The notes under the pieces were generated by a model, which saw only the letters and a list, made by a program, of their open reading frames with translations, was not told the origin of the DNA and made no database searches. This document shows positions 36,201 through 47,092 of a DNA stretch of 47,092 nucleotides, one piece after another. Source of the DNA: Hormiphora californensis. Lineage: Eukaryota; Animalia; Ctenophora. Location: contig WFME01000014.1 in assembly GCA_020137815.1 (NCBI GenBank), positions 1 to 47,092 of the forward strand. Reading direction: 5' to 3'. The number at the start of each line of letters is the position of its first letter. Position 1 is the stretch's first letter. Both the position numbers and the translations under genes were made by a program.

Positions 36201-36765
36201 ATTTGGAGGCCCTGAGACCAGCGGGTGGCAAAATTTAATCCGGTTTCGGGTCGGCTGACGTAAAAACTCCGCGTTTTGGTCGATAACCATAACCATAACC
36301 ATAACCATAACCATAAACCATAGATATTTTTAGAGTGAAAGTTTTGAAGCCCCCTGAAGTAGTAGAGAGGTGTTTTATGGCTCGTTGGAAAGGTCTCGAG
36401 GTCCCGCGACTTATAATAGGGGGTGTGGCGATGGCCATACCCAAACCTATAAGGGTTAGGACGCGAAAAACAGTCAAAATAAGGGGTATACAGAACTCGC
36501 AATTGGAAGGAGTAGAAAGGTGTTCTAGGTGCGTTCGAAAGCTCTCGAGTGCTGAAGTAATTGGAATGTAATTGGAAGTAATTACATTATTAAAATGTAA
36601 TTACTGTAATTAAAGGGTAATTACATGTAATTAAAAGGTCTAAATGACCCCAAATGACAATTCAGACATATTTTGACATATTTGGATGCCCTGAGACCAG
36701 CGGGTGGCCAAATTTAATCCGGGTTCGGGTCGGCTGACGTAAAAACTCCGCGTTTTGGTCGAGGT
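33225..36765. repeat. ~470-bp tandem satellite array (~7 units) with one ~580-bp insertion
   Basis: tttcgggtcggctgacgtaaaaactccg-like motif recurs at ~33310, 33775, 34250, 35310, 35775, 36245 and 36723; internal (aaccat)n and palindromic (gtaattacat)n. Confidence 0.95.
34291..34870. mobile_element. Composite insertion of transposon end fragments with (ttcgattcgatctcgattcgatcttt) minisatellite
   Basis: Breaks satellite periodicity; ends atcgccggttccta (~34612) and acaggccctcta (~34863) resemble hAT-type TAG termini. Confidence 0.55.
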
Positions 36766-36925
36766 ATATCTAAACCACTTGACGAGTTATTTATGCATTT
36801 AAGTTAAACTGTCAAACTATATTGAATCTCATTTGCAAATATAAATGCAAATATAAATGCAACGAATGATGAAGAGAAAGAGATAAAAGTTAATCAGACA
36901 GGCGGGAGAATTGCTTTAAACGATT

Positions 36926-37019
36926 ACAAACAAACAAACAAACAAACAAATAAACAAACAAACAAACAAACAAACAAACGATTACAAACAAACAAACAAA
37001 CAAACAAACAAAAAACAAA
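36926..37019. repeat. (ACAA)n microsatellite
   Basis: Direct reading. Confidence 0.95.
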
Positions 37020-37037
37020 TCCCAACTCAGTACTCAC

Positions 37038-38252
37038 CCGTCCTGATAGAGATAGTAAACTGATTCGGCAGCGGAAAGTGATTTACTTGGACTATCCGTC
37101 GCTACAATATCAGTCACTGTCAACAAAAGATCTTTGTCCGGTGTTGCAACTGAAACCTGGGAAGGAATATATCACGTGATATATGCCCATATATGGGTTG
37201 TGTCATACCCATACATGGTGTTTTCTTCTCACCTCGAAGAACAGGGTATCCCGGACCGAAACAGAAACAGGGTAACTCTGAGCACTGACTTTGTCCGTGA
37301 ATTCTGTGCCAGTAAACATGTCAAGAAGGAAGTGTGAAGCACCACACCTTTAACAACAACCTGGACCTCCCCCTGGGCTTCCCACTGCGCTCCATCTGAT
37401 GTACTACCTGGAAATATTAGTGATTTGTTTACAATATTCTTTTTCTTCGAGTGTCAAGGGTGTGCGAACTATCTCGACTTTCGTCATTGCGATTTGGTCG
37501 ACACTGCAACGGTGGTGCAACATTATTTCCATGAATTATTTATGCCAGACTGAGAATTCTTCCCATTATTGATGGGAAGAATTCTCAGTCTTTCGATAAA
37601 GCATGGGTGGGGTTGTCAGGCTGGCGGAGAAATAAAGAGTGGGAGCAATAAAATAGAGAATTATTGACAGTTAATTTTGTCGAGCAGCACTACAGCTTTG
37701 CACTAGACATATCGGTCCCTGATCCCACCAGCTCCTTGTAGTACTAGACATAAATCTAGAATATATCTTGACAGCTTGAAAACTTTGGGAACTTTTATAC
37801 TTCGACAGTCAATACAGTTTAGCTAAACTGTTTAGTTTTAGAGAGAGATAAAACCACCGTTATCTACCCATACCACGTCACTACCCTTTCCTCCTTCTTA
37901 GATGAAATTTATAAAAACCATTAACCCGACAGCTGAAACCTTCGACAGTCTAAAGTTTTAATGAGCGTAACGGATACAAAAGCAATAAAATTCAAAAGTT
38001 TCAAAGAGCTAATAAAATTCCCAAGCTGATGGGGGAATCAGTCGTGCCTAAACCTCAGGCTCAGGCCACGGCTATTTTCCACTGAAACATGAGATCTCAG
38101 GTCTCAGTGGAAAATAGCCGAGGTCTGAACCTGAGGTTTAGGCACGACTGTTTTCTCCCAATACCTGTGCGCTTGTAGGAGCACTCAAAAGAGATGGTAT
38201 AGCTTTCTCCTCGGCTGATCAGGCTGTTCCCCTCCGACAACTCAACATATAG
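37038..38252 (-). CDS. Zona pellucida (ZP) domain gene, internal exons 38252-38165, 37407-37233, 37156-37038; two apparent 1-nt deletions
   Basis: ZP-N end ISRGESYTISFECSY; ZP-C start DMFTGTEFTDKVSAQSYPVSVSVRDTLFFE|VSVATPDKDLLLTVTDIVATDS...YYLYQDG; canonical splice sites. Confidence 0.72.
38039..38150. mobile_element. Hairpin MITE in a ZP-gene intron
   Basis: ~47-bp arms cagtcgtgcctaaacctcagg...ttttccactga / tcagtggaaaa...cctgaggtttaggcacgactg. Confidence 0.7.
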
Positions 38253-38736
38253 CTGCAGGAAGACGTAGATATACATTAATTGTTAGTTATCATTTGTAAT
38301 TGTGGGGCGCACAAAAAACAGTCTAACTTGGCAAAATAATTGTTAGTTATCAAGATTATATCGAGGTGAGTAATATGGTGCTTGTGAGCCCAGTGACAAC
38401 AATGGAGGGGCAATTAATTTAGGAGATTAGTTAGGATCTAATTGGAAGTAACAAAGGGGATTGGAAATTATGGAATGGACAGCTGTTCTTCCTGCCAACA
38501 GGTGCAACTTTTAGAGGATTTTAGCATCGGAGATAGTGAGATGTTTTAGAGGATTTCACCATCGGAGATGTTGTCTTGAAACTAAATTAGCACCTCTCTC
38601 TAGATGTTTGTTGGCTAATTGTGTCAACGGTGTGATAACAAGATTTTGAAAATACTACATAGTGACTGACAAAGCTCTGATCGAGCTACTTCGCTTTATT
38701 CTCCTTTTGTTAAAGTTTCAAGTGTTACTTTGGATA

Positions 38737-40036
38737 ATGGTAAGTCAAGGAATTCTGTTGTGCACAACAGCAATCAAACATGTTAGACAAGTACTCAATT
38801 GGACAATTGGACCCAATTTAACGGCACCCTCGGGGGAAAGGGGTTTGTCCGTTAAATCGGGATGCCATTAAATCGGGGTCCGACTGTAGTATGAATTACT
38901 GAATTATTTAAATTGTCCTTTTTCAGAAAGTTTTGGTGTGCCTTGCTGTTCTTGTTGCTACGGCAACTGCCTGTGCAGATGTTGAGTCTAAGGTAGGTAA
39001 GTTGTAAAATCATATACCGAGCGGTTATATTTTATCTAAACCCCCTCCATCTTTCGAAACTTCTCTTTGAAAGCATAAACCTTTCCTCACTGCGTTAAAC
39101 CGTTTAGAGAGCAGTTGGTTTAAAGAGCTGGGTTAAATATAAAGAGCTTTAAAGCGCTACAGCTCTGTTAAATAACATATAGGGCATTAAATGAAGCTTT
39201 ATTAAATGAAGCTTTATTAAATGAATGAGTTTTATAATGGGGCATGACATAGCGATTTTTAGCATTTAGAGATGGATATACTCACCTAGTAAGGATTTGA
39301 ACCAATCACAGTGATTGTATGGCCTGTCAGAAAACTGATAGATAGCAATTATAGTCGACTATCGATATATTATAGTCCCAGCTTTTTCTATCGAAGATAG
39401 CTTCGTCTATAATATATTTAGCCGGCATAAACCGGTTAATTAAACGGTTTATTCCTTCGTCTGAAAAACTAATCCCGTCTACCTGTCCTTGTTTTTTAAA
39501 CCAATTTAAGACGTGATCAACATTAAAAATATCAGCATATTTTATTGTTGAATTAAAGGGACGTGTGCTCAAATCAGCTATCCCTGATCAGTCGGTGTGT
39601 GAGGTAGCGAAGACCAACGGGTTCTGCAACAAACCCTGCACTACCTACTGGGCCAAAACAAACTGTGCCAAGACCTGTGGATACTGTGTGTCTGCAGCTA
39701 ACATTCCCGCTAAGGATCCTCCTTGTTCTGGTGAGTAACACCTTATATGGGCATTGCACGTGCCTCAAACACGCCTAATATGGGCATAGCACGTGACACA
39801 AACACGCCTTATATGGGCATAGCACGTGACACAAACACGCCTTATATTATATGGTCATAGCACGTGACACTCATGTGTGTGTTTCAGGACCTGAATGCCC
39901 CTGCGTTGACTACGAGGAATCTCCCGTGTGCGGTGTGGCTGTCAGTGAGAACTGGTGTCAAAGCAGCTGTACAAGATGGTGGTCTTATCAGTGGTGTAGA
40001 AAGAGCTGTGATCTCTGTAACATGATCCAAAACTAG
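38737..40036 (+). CDS. Secreted 129-aa protein with two ShK-toxin-like domains (exons 38737-38739, 38927-38992, 39559-39730, 39888-40036)
   Basis: ATG|gtaagt; signal peptide MKVLVCLAVLVATATA; ShK tails CAKTCGYC and CRKSCDLC; all phases compatible, total 390 nt. Confidence 0.88.
39740..39875. repeat. ~32-bp intronic minisatellite, ~4 copies
   Basis: atatgggcatagcacgtgacacaaacacgcc repeated. Confidence 0.85.
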
Positions 40037-40166
40037 ATATCTCTGTGACATGATCCAAAACTAGATATCTCTGTGACATGATCTAAAACTAGATATCGGT
40101 GTGTAACATGATCCAAAACTAGATATTATATGATCCAAAACTATTATATGCGATCCAAAACTAGAT
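40010..40166. repeat. ~27-bp tandem repeat spanning the ShK stop codon and 3' UTR
   Basis: atctctgt(a/g)acatgatccaaaactagat, ~6 decaying copies. Confidence 0.85.
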
Positions 40167-41439
40167 TTGTGCAGTGATACAATTAACTGATATATGACCC
40201 AGAGTTAGGAATAATTTGATGATTAAATAATTCTACTATCAGTTTATGTGATTTACTTTAACGAACTTTATAAAATTATGTCGATAAAATATATCATATG
40301 CCACTCTTGATCTAGAGTTTGAAATGTCGATATGTTAAAAATTTGATCCTCGAAATTGCCCCCAGGTCAAAATGTCACGAAGATCTGGTTGGCATGGACG
40401 AATCGATTCGATCAGAAAAACAGAAAGTTCCTCCAATTTGACCGGGATATATGAGATGGTCATGCGGAATGAATTTGAAAATATTAATTGTATTTTGACC
40501 GGGATGAAGTTTGGAACTGGACCTTGAAACCACCATGGTCTTCGCCTAGTTAGACTCTGTTTCTGACTCTGACAATTTTGATTGTGTAGCTTTGTGAGGG
40601 TTCGTCAGATCAAAATACAGTGTGTGATTTTCCGGCTCCACACCGGCCCGAAGAAGGGTGTAATAAAACCATTACTTAATTTGGTACATATTCGTATATT
40701 TTAACTTTTATAAAACCATAAAGAATTGTAAATCTGGTTCCATAGACTATTGTAAAAACCTTTGAAATCTTCCAATCGATCACTCGATTTGGTAACCACA
40801 TGCCCCCGAAAAAAGTAGTCATTTTTGAACTGCCCAAAAGTGGGGGACGTGTCATGTATTGTGTGACCTGTGTGTTTTACTTGTTGAGTGAATTACTCAA
40901 CAATGTTTCACAATGTTTAGCCAGTACGTGGTTAGGGGGTAGAATTTCATTTATTGACATCTTGATACGAGTTTCATTTTTTTTCTTTGATGCTGAGAGT
41001 TCTCGGTGTCAAAGAAGAATTCTAGGTTCTAGAATATCTAGGTACAAATGGGTCACAGATACCCCATTAAAATTAGTTGAAAGTTGATTGAAAGTTTAGA
41101 CATGTGCCCTGTTTAATACGCCTAACTGGTTAGAAAGCAAGAACCCTGTTTAAATACAAGGATTGTTGCTGTTCGAGATATCCGATATAAAGATAGTGCT
41201 AATACATCAGTACTGTGGCAATATGATATGCGCCTAGATATATCGAATCCAGTGGATCGCTTGGTTACTTCCTTCGTTAAACAAGCATTGAAACTGGAGG
41301 GTTGGAGTAACTCATATACAGTGCGGCACATTAATGTGTTTGTATCTGATTTTTCGGAATGACCAGTTGGGCTATTAAACAGTAATCACGACATATTAAT
41401 TGAAAGTTTAGAGTTTAGAATTTGACAAAGTAATCTTAC

Positions 41440-41470
41440 TCTCCCCCCTCTCTCTCCCTCTCCCTCTCTT

Positions 41471-41517
<47 letters not shown>

Positions 41518-44500
41518 ATCTCTCTCTCTCCTCTCTCTCTCTCTTTCCCTCTCCTCCCCTCACTCCCTCTCCCCTCTCTCTCTCCTCTTCTCTCTCTCCT
41601 CTCTCTCTCTCTTCGTTCTTACAGGTCGTCTCTCAATCTACCGTTGGAATCTCCCTCTACCTTTATATACATCTCTCACCGCCCTCCTCTCTTCCTCTCC
41701 AAATTCTCCTCCTCCGTCGCCACTCCCCTCTCTACTCTCTCTTCTCTCTCTCTCGTCCGCCCTTCTCGGGCGCATCACACCTCTCCACCTCAGTTAGCCC
41801 TCCACGGTCCACCTCCAATCCTCCACCCTCTACAATCCTCATCTGCGGTCTCTCCACCGTCCTCGCTTTTCAACCGCTCAAGGTGCGTCACCGTAGTAAA
41901 ACACTACTCCACTCTCCGCCAAGTTCTCCGAGGTATCTTCTCGCTCTCGTTCTTCTCTCTTTCACTCTCGCGCGTCCAACTCCGACCAAAGGCGTCCCCT
42001 CTCCCACTCGCCTCTCCGGGGGGAACAGTCGATCTCTCTCTCGACATCCATCTCCTTCTTTCAAGGCCCAAATTGCTTACTCTCTCCCTCTACCGACATC
42101 TCTCCGAATCAACCTCTCACTCCTCCTCCCTTCAAAGTCTCCAACATCCCGCTCACTCATCTCTCAAGTTCACTCACTCAATGCAGCTCCCTCGTCTCTC
42201 TCTCACGGAGCATCACATCTCCTTCTCGGAGATCTCCAGAATCTCCGCCGCTCGGGCAGAGCAGTCGGGTCCGATGCTCTTATTCGCCCCTCAGTACGAA
42301 TACTCTCTATCGATCACAGTCTCCCTCAGTCCCAAAGAAGCCACGCTCCCTCACGACAAGAACCTGTTGAAATCAAGGAACTGACAAGGACAATTCTCCC
42401 TTTCCCACGAGCCCCTTCCAAGCAACGCCCTCACCGAACCTCATTCTCACGTCTCCTCAAAGAAGCGGGTATAAGGTGACGTAGCTAAACAGAAGCCGCG
42501 GCCATCCTCTTCTCGCTCTCAGTATTCCTCTCCACTCCACATCCGTATCTGGACGAGGGTACTCCTGACTCAAAACCACTCTCTCTCCCTCTCATCCCTC
42601 AACTCGACTCACTGGGATCTCGCGTCTCCCCACCCCCCCCCCTCTCTGGTGGGACAGACACTCGCCGTCGGTCACAGATAAATCTCCGCCCAGAACTGGC
42701 AGGCTCTCCGATTTCTCAAATCTCTCTCCATTTCTTGTACTCTCATCTGTAAGGCAATGCTTGGGCTTCCACGAGGACGGACTAGGGATCCACCATCTCT
42801 CCCTAAGACCCACCTCACCATCTCGCCCAACCACGGTCCCGACGTCACCCCGGTCTCCTCATGAATTGCATACCCATCTTGAACTCAAGTTGCTCGAGCT
42901 CGATCAGAATGCTGCGCCGATTGTTCGCCTCGCAGTCTCTCTAGGTCACAATAGTCCTCGTTACGAATAGCAGGTGTGTCCTTCAATAACTGTAGGCCAG
43001 ACAAAAACACTCCGTCTCTCATCTCTCCCTTCTCCTCAACGATGACCCTCCCTTTCCTCACACCTCTATCAGTTCTCACTCTTACTCTCGGGTCCTGCCC
43101 TCTTTCGGGCTCGGCCCATCCCCGATTCCTAAGCTCTCCTCAACTCTCCACGCTTCCCTCCACATCTCTCTCCCCTGTCATGACGTACGAGGAACACGGG
43201 TGGTGGCGGCTCTCAACCAGGATCCTCGTCTCTCCAGAGACCCCCCCCCCACCACCCCCCCCCCCCCCCTCCCCCCCACCCCCCATTGGTCTCCAGCGCT
43301 CATCCTCTCTCTAATAAGCCATCCTCCTCTCACTCCTGGCTCTTCTCCTACCTCTATCTAGGGCTCTCCCCTGCTCTCGGTAAGTTACATGGAATCGAAG
43401 CAGTCTCGCGGGCTCTCCTTCTCCAGTTCCCTGAACAGCTCGCGCCTCTCATCAATCAACGCTTCTATCACTACTGCCGTAACCCGACACTCACAGGGCC
43501 AAGGCCAAGCTCTCCCTCTCCAATGGGGGAACGGGGGCATGTCCTCTCAGAAGGTCTCTTGTCTCATCTAACGTGGGGGTCATCTTCTCCTTCTCGACAG
43601 TCCAGGCTCTTAATAGGATAAAGTCTCTCCTCATCCTAGATCTCGCTAAGGAAAGCCTCGGCGGCCTCAAAAAAAAAAGAAAAAGGTTCACTCTCCCCTC
43701 AGTAGTGTCAGACCTCTCATCTGCTCCGGACATCGCTCTCATATTAAACTGTATATGGATACGTTCTCTCTCTCGGTGTACATCCGCATTCTCTCCATAC
43801 CTCTCGAGCTTCCGCCTCTCGGACGGCTCCCTACTCGACGCTCCCACTCAGCTCACTATCTCTCTCTTGGGCTCTCTTCTCTCCCTCACCTCTCACTCTT
43901 GTCAGAGCTCGTCCTCCAGTGACACGAAGGAGAATGCCTCCCCAGTGTCCTCCTCTTCCCAGCTCTCATCATCCTTCACCTCTGGTGTTAACCGCCTCGT
44001 CTGTGCAAATCGAATCCCTCGAGCTGGCTTCTCGGCTAGCTTCGGTCAGTCCTGCAAGTCATCTCTCTACATGTGCACTTCACTCATTAGCTCCTCACTT
44101 CTCCCTCCTCTTCCTCCTCTCACCACTAACTCAGTCTTTCTGCCGTTGTCCTCTCCTCTCTTCTCGCTCACCTCCAGGCTCGCGTCATATCTTCTCTCTA
44201 ACCTCTTATGTTTGTCGGACGTCTCTCATCCCGCTCCACTCCTCTTCTCAAGGACGAGCGGGTGCATCTCGACAATTGTTATAGCTCTCTCTCCTCAGTC
44301 TCTCATTTCTCTCCTCCGTCTCATTCCACTCTCAAGGTTCTGTCTCTCCGGGCTGGTTGTTGCTCTCTCTCTCTGGGATCTCTCCGGGGTCTCTTCTCGC
44401 GCCTGCTCTCTCTCTGCTCAGCAGTCTTTTCCTATGGGTATATCCCCACAACCTCCCATCTCCCCGTAGCACCCATCGGACTCTATCTTGATTAAGCACC

Positions 44501-47092
44501 CTCCCTCTCCCATCTCCGTCTCTATCCCTCTTTCTCTTACCCTCTTGACGGTCCCCAGTCTCTCTCTCCTCTCCCATTATATTCTCCATCTCGGATGTGA
44601 TGTTAGAGTCATCTCTCTATCTTCATCTCCACCTCTCCCTCGTCTTCTCATTTGAAACCCTCATACTGTATAACTATCTCAACTTCTTCAGAATTTTCAT
44701 TACTCCTCTATAGGCAAACCCGTCACTCTTAGGCTCCTCCTCTCCTCTCTCTCTCGATAGTCTTTCTCTCCTCTTTCCGCTTCCCGTCCTTAACTCAAAT
44801 AAAGATTACCATACAGTCTCGCCGCAATTTCCGTCTTTCCAACTCCTACTCCGTCAATAAGTTTTGAATTCTAGTGTGACTTTGTAAAAATGCGTCTCAC
44901 CCTCAATCTAACGTATTACCGAATCTCTTCCTCCTCTCTTCTCCCCCACTCTACTCTCTCCCTCCTCGGTGTCACACAGCATCCCGTCGACATCTCCTCG
45001 TCTCCGCTCTGACTCTCTCTCTCCTTCTATCCTTCAGCACTCTTCTCTCATGCCTCTCTCATCTCCTCGCCTGGTCCTCTCCCCTCTTCATCAACCAAAT
45101 CTCGTCTTTCTCCCTGAGTATCTCATCTCATCTCCCTCTTAATTATCCCGCTCACTTACCTTCTTCAGCCACTCGCTCCTACCGCTCTCTTCTACCTCCT
45201 CGTCTCGAACTCCTTCTCGTCTCGATTTGACTCACTCTCTCTCTCATTACCCTTCGTTCTCATTTCTCCGTCCTCCCTACCATCTTATCTTCAGAATCAT
45301 AGCTCCTCCCTCACCATTAATCTCTCACGTCCTCTCTCGTCTCTTCTCCTTTTCTCCCTCCTTCTTTTCTCAGCCTCTCTCTTCAGCCTACCCCTCAGCC
45401 GAATCTTCCTTTCTTTCTCCTCTATTCTCTTCTAAACTCCTCGTTCCCTCCCCCCACCCTCTTCTCGCTCTTCTTAGTTACCAAGTCTCCTCCGTGCCCC
45501 TCCTAGTCTCTCTCTAATTCCACCTCTATCCATTCTGCTCGTATTTTCAAAGCTCCCTTCTTCGTCTATCTCGATTCTCTCTTGTATCACCGGCCCTTCC
45601 GTCGGTTCCCGACTCTCTGCCCCTCACTCCCCCCTCTAGCCTTTCCTCCCTCTTAATGCTCTATTCTCTCATCCGTTTATCCGCTGGGATTCGGGCAACT
45701 CCCATCATGTCTCAAGACCTCCTCCTTGCTACTCTCTCTCTCCTCGTTTTGTCCCTATTCCATCTTCCTAGCATCCTCTCCTTCACTCTCTCTCCTCCCT
45801 CTTTGTGCTTCCTCCATCTTTCCTACTTCTCTCCCACTCTCTGTCTCCTTCACGGCCCCTTCTCTTTTCGACCTTGCACGCTCCTCTCACATTATTTCTC
45901 TTCTCTCTCTCCCTCCTTCCCCACAATTCACTCACATAGACTCTCTCTTCCTCTCTCTCTAGTTACGTTCTAACTCGTTCTTTCCGGTAAATATCAATTA
46001 CATACGTCTAATATCTCTCCCTGCTTCCTTCCTCACCACCTATATTTGTTTTAGTGCTCTTTCTCTTTTTCCCATTTATCTCTATAATTGTTTCAACTGA
46101 TTCATCTCGCCCTCAGTGTTCTATTCACGCAGCTTTCCCTCAGTTAGCCAATCCTCTCTCTGAGCCAGCATTTCTCTCCCCATCTCTCTTCCAGGCCCAT
46201 CTGGGGCTTGGTATAGTGACGTCCTCTTCCCTCTCTCCCGCCCCACTTTCAGATCTCGATACTCTCTCAAGAGTTGGTCTCTCTTCACTTCATCCGTTGA
46301 AGTCAGTCTATGGGATATCTCTCGAGTCATGGGCCCATGCTCATCAGTCATATTTTGTCTCTCTCGAACTGCGATCCTCCTCGTCTCGGCTCTCCAGTGT
46401 CGTTAGAATCTGCAACGCACCAGTTGTTTGCCGTAGGCTAGGTCCGAATCTCGAAGCTCAAAGGCTCCAGTCTCTGCTCTTCTCGGGTCAATATTTGAAA
46501 AATTCCCTCTCCTCTCTCTCTTACTCCTCTCTCGGAGATCATCAGGCCATACATCCGGCAGATTTATGGCTCTAGGCTCTCTCTCACCATGCCTCTCGTC
46601 TCACATCAGGGAATTTAGGTTGCAAACCTTACCCTCTTCTCGTCACACATCGTGCTCCCCCCTTTACTCTCTCTCCGTCTAACGACCAGAATGTGACGCT
46701 TCCTCATGGTAGCCGTCTCACCCAGACTCTCCATCTCAAGGTGTCCGCTCCACTCACCTCGCTCTCCGTCCTCCTCGGGCTCATCGTCTCTCGTCGATCA
46801 TTCTCCCCAAAGCTCAAATATATGTAAGCTGGTCGATTCTCAAGACTCATTGCAAAGACTCTCCCCTACAGACGAACGCCGGTTCTCCCTCCTCCTCTCT
46901 CTCCTCCCTCCAGTTCGAACCGATGTCCCTCTCAACACTCCGGCTCCTCATGCTCCTCTTTCTCCTCCCCCCCCCCTCTCTGGTGTGGATCCCGGCGCAC
47001 CGTGGGCCTCCTGCCACTTTCATCCCCTCTTCTCTCTTACTCGCACCACTCTCTTATCTCTTAGTCACAAACTTCTTCATCGCTCTCCTCGG
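41440..47092. other. (CT)n microsatellite followed by CT-saturated low-complexity sequence; probably low-quality consensus
   Basis: Abrupt compositional switch after the (CT)n tract; G/A depletion and pervasive ctctc; ORFs are Ser/Leu/Pro noise. Confidence 0.75.

Noticed and set aside
33251-36571. ORFs up to 270 aa in the satellite
   Set aside because: Products of tandem repeats; frame not preserved between units
41644-46575. Long Ser/Leu/Pro-rich ORFs
   Set aside because: Stop-codon scarcity caused by CT low complexity

Overview
Repeat-rich animal genomic DNA with spliceosomal GT-AG introns; a ctenophore-like marine invertebrate is my guess only. The centrepiece is a minus-strand autonomous Helitron (Helitron2/Helentron-type) at about 10.0-21.2 kb. 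Its ORF encodes a Zn-finger/DUF6570-like region, an HUH Rep and a PIF1 helicase, plus four OTU-like protease modules: one catalytically dead inside the Rep N-terminal region and three with intact Cys/His at the C-terminus. The last two lie behind a single 1-nt frameshift. A ubiquitin-like MRGG|G motif sits near the N-terminus. Other mobile and repeat content: a 5'-truncated HERO-like non-LTR retrotransposon with a densely base-paired, apparently pseudoknotted 3' UTR; many nested MITEs, several with provable TA, TTAA or 8-bp TSDs; a poly-G-terminated foldback element carrying a satellite; and a ~470-bp satellite array. Host genes: a tandem duplication of Ser/Thr/Pro-rich exons; a tight co-oriented cluster of disrupted housekeeping genes (RNF4-like, ANKRD49-like, SAMM50, RPS3) that looks operon-like; ZP-domain exons; and an intact secreted two-domain ShK-like peptide gene. 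The last ~5.6 kb is CT-rich and probably poor-quality consensus. Family assignments rest on motif recognition by eye; no searches were run.
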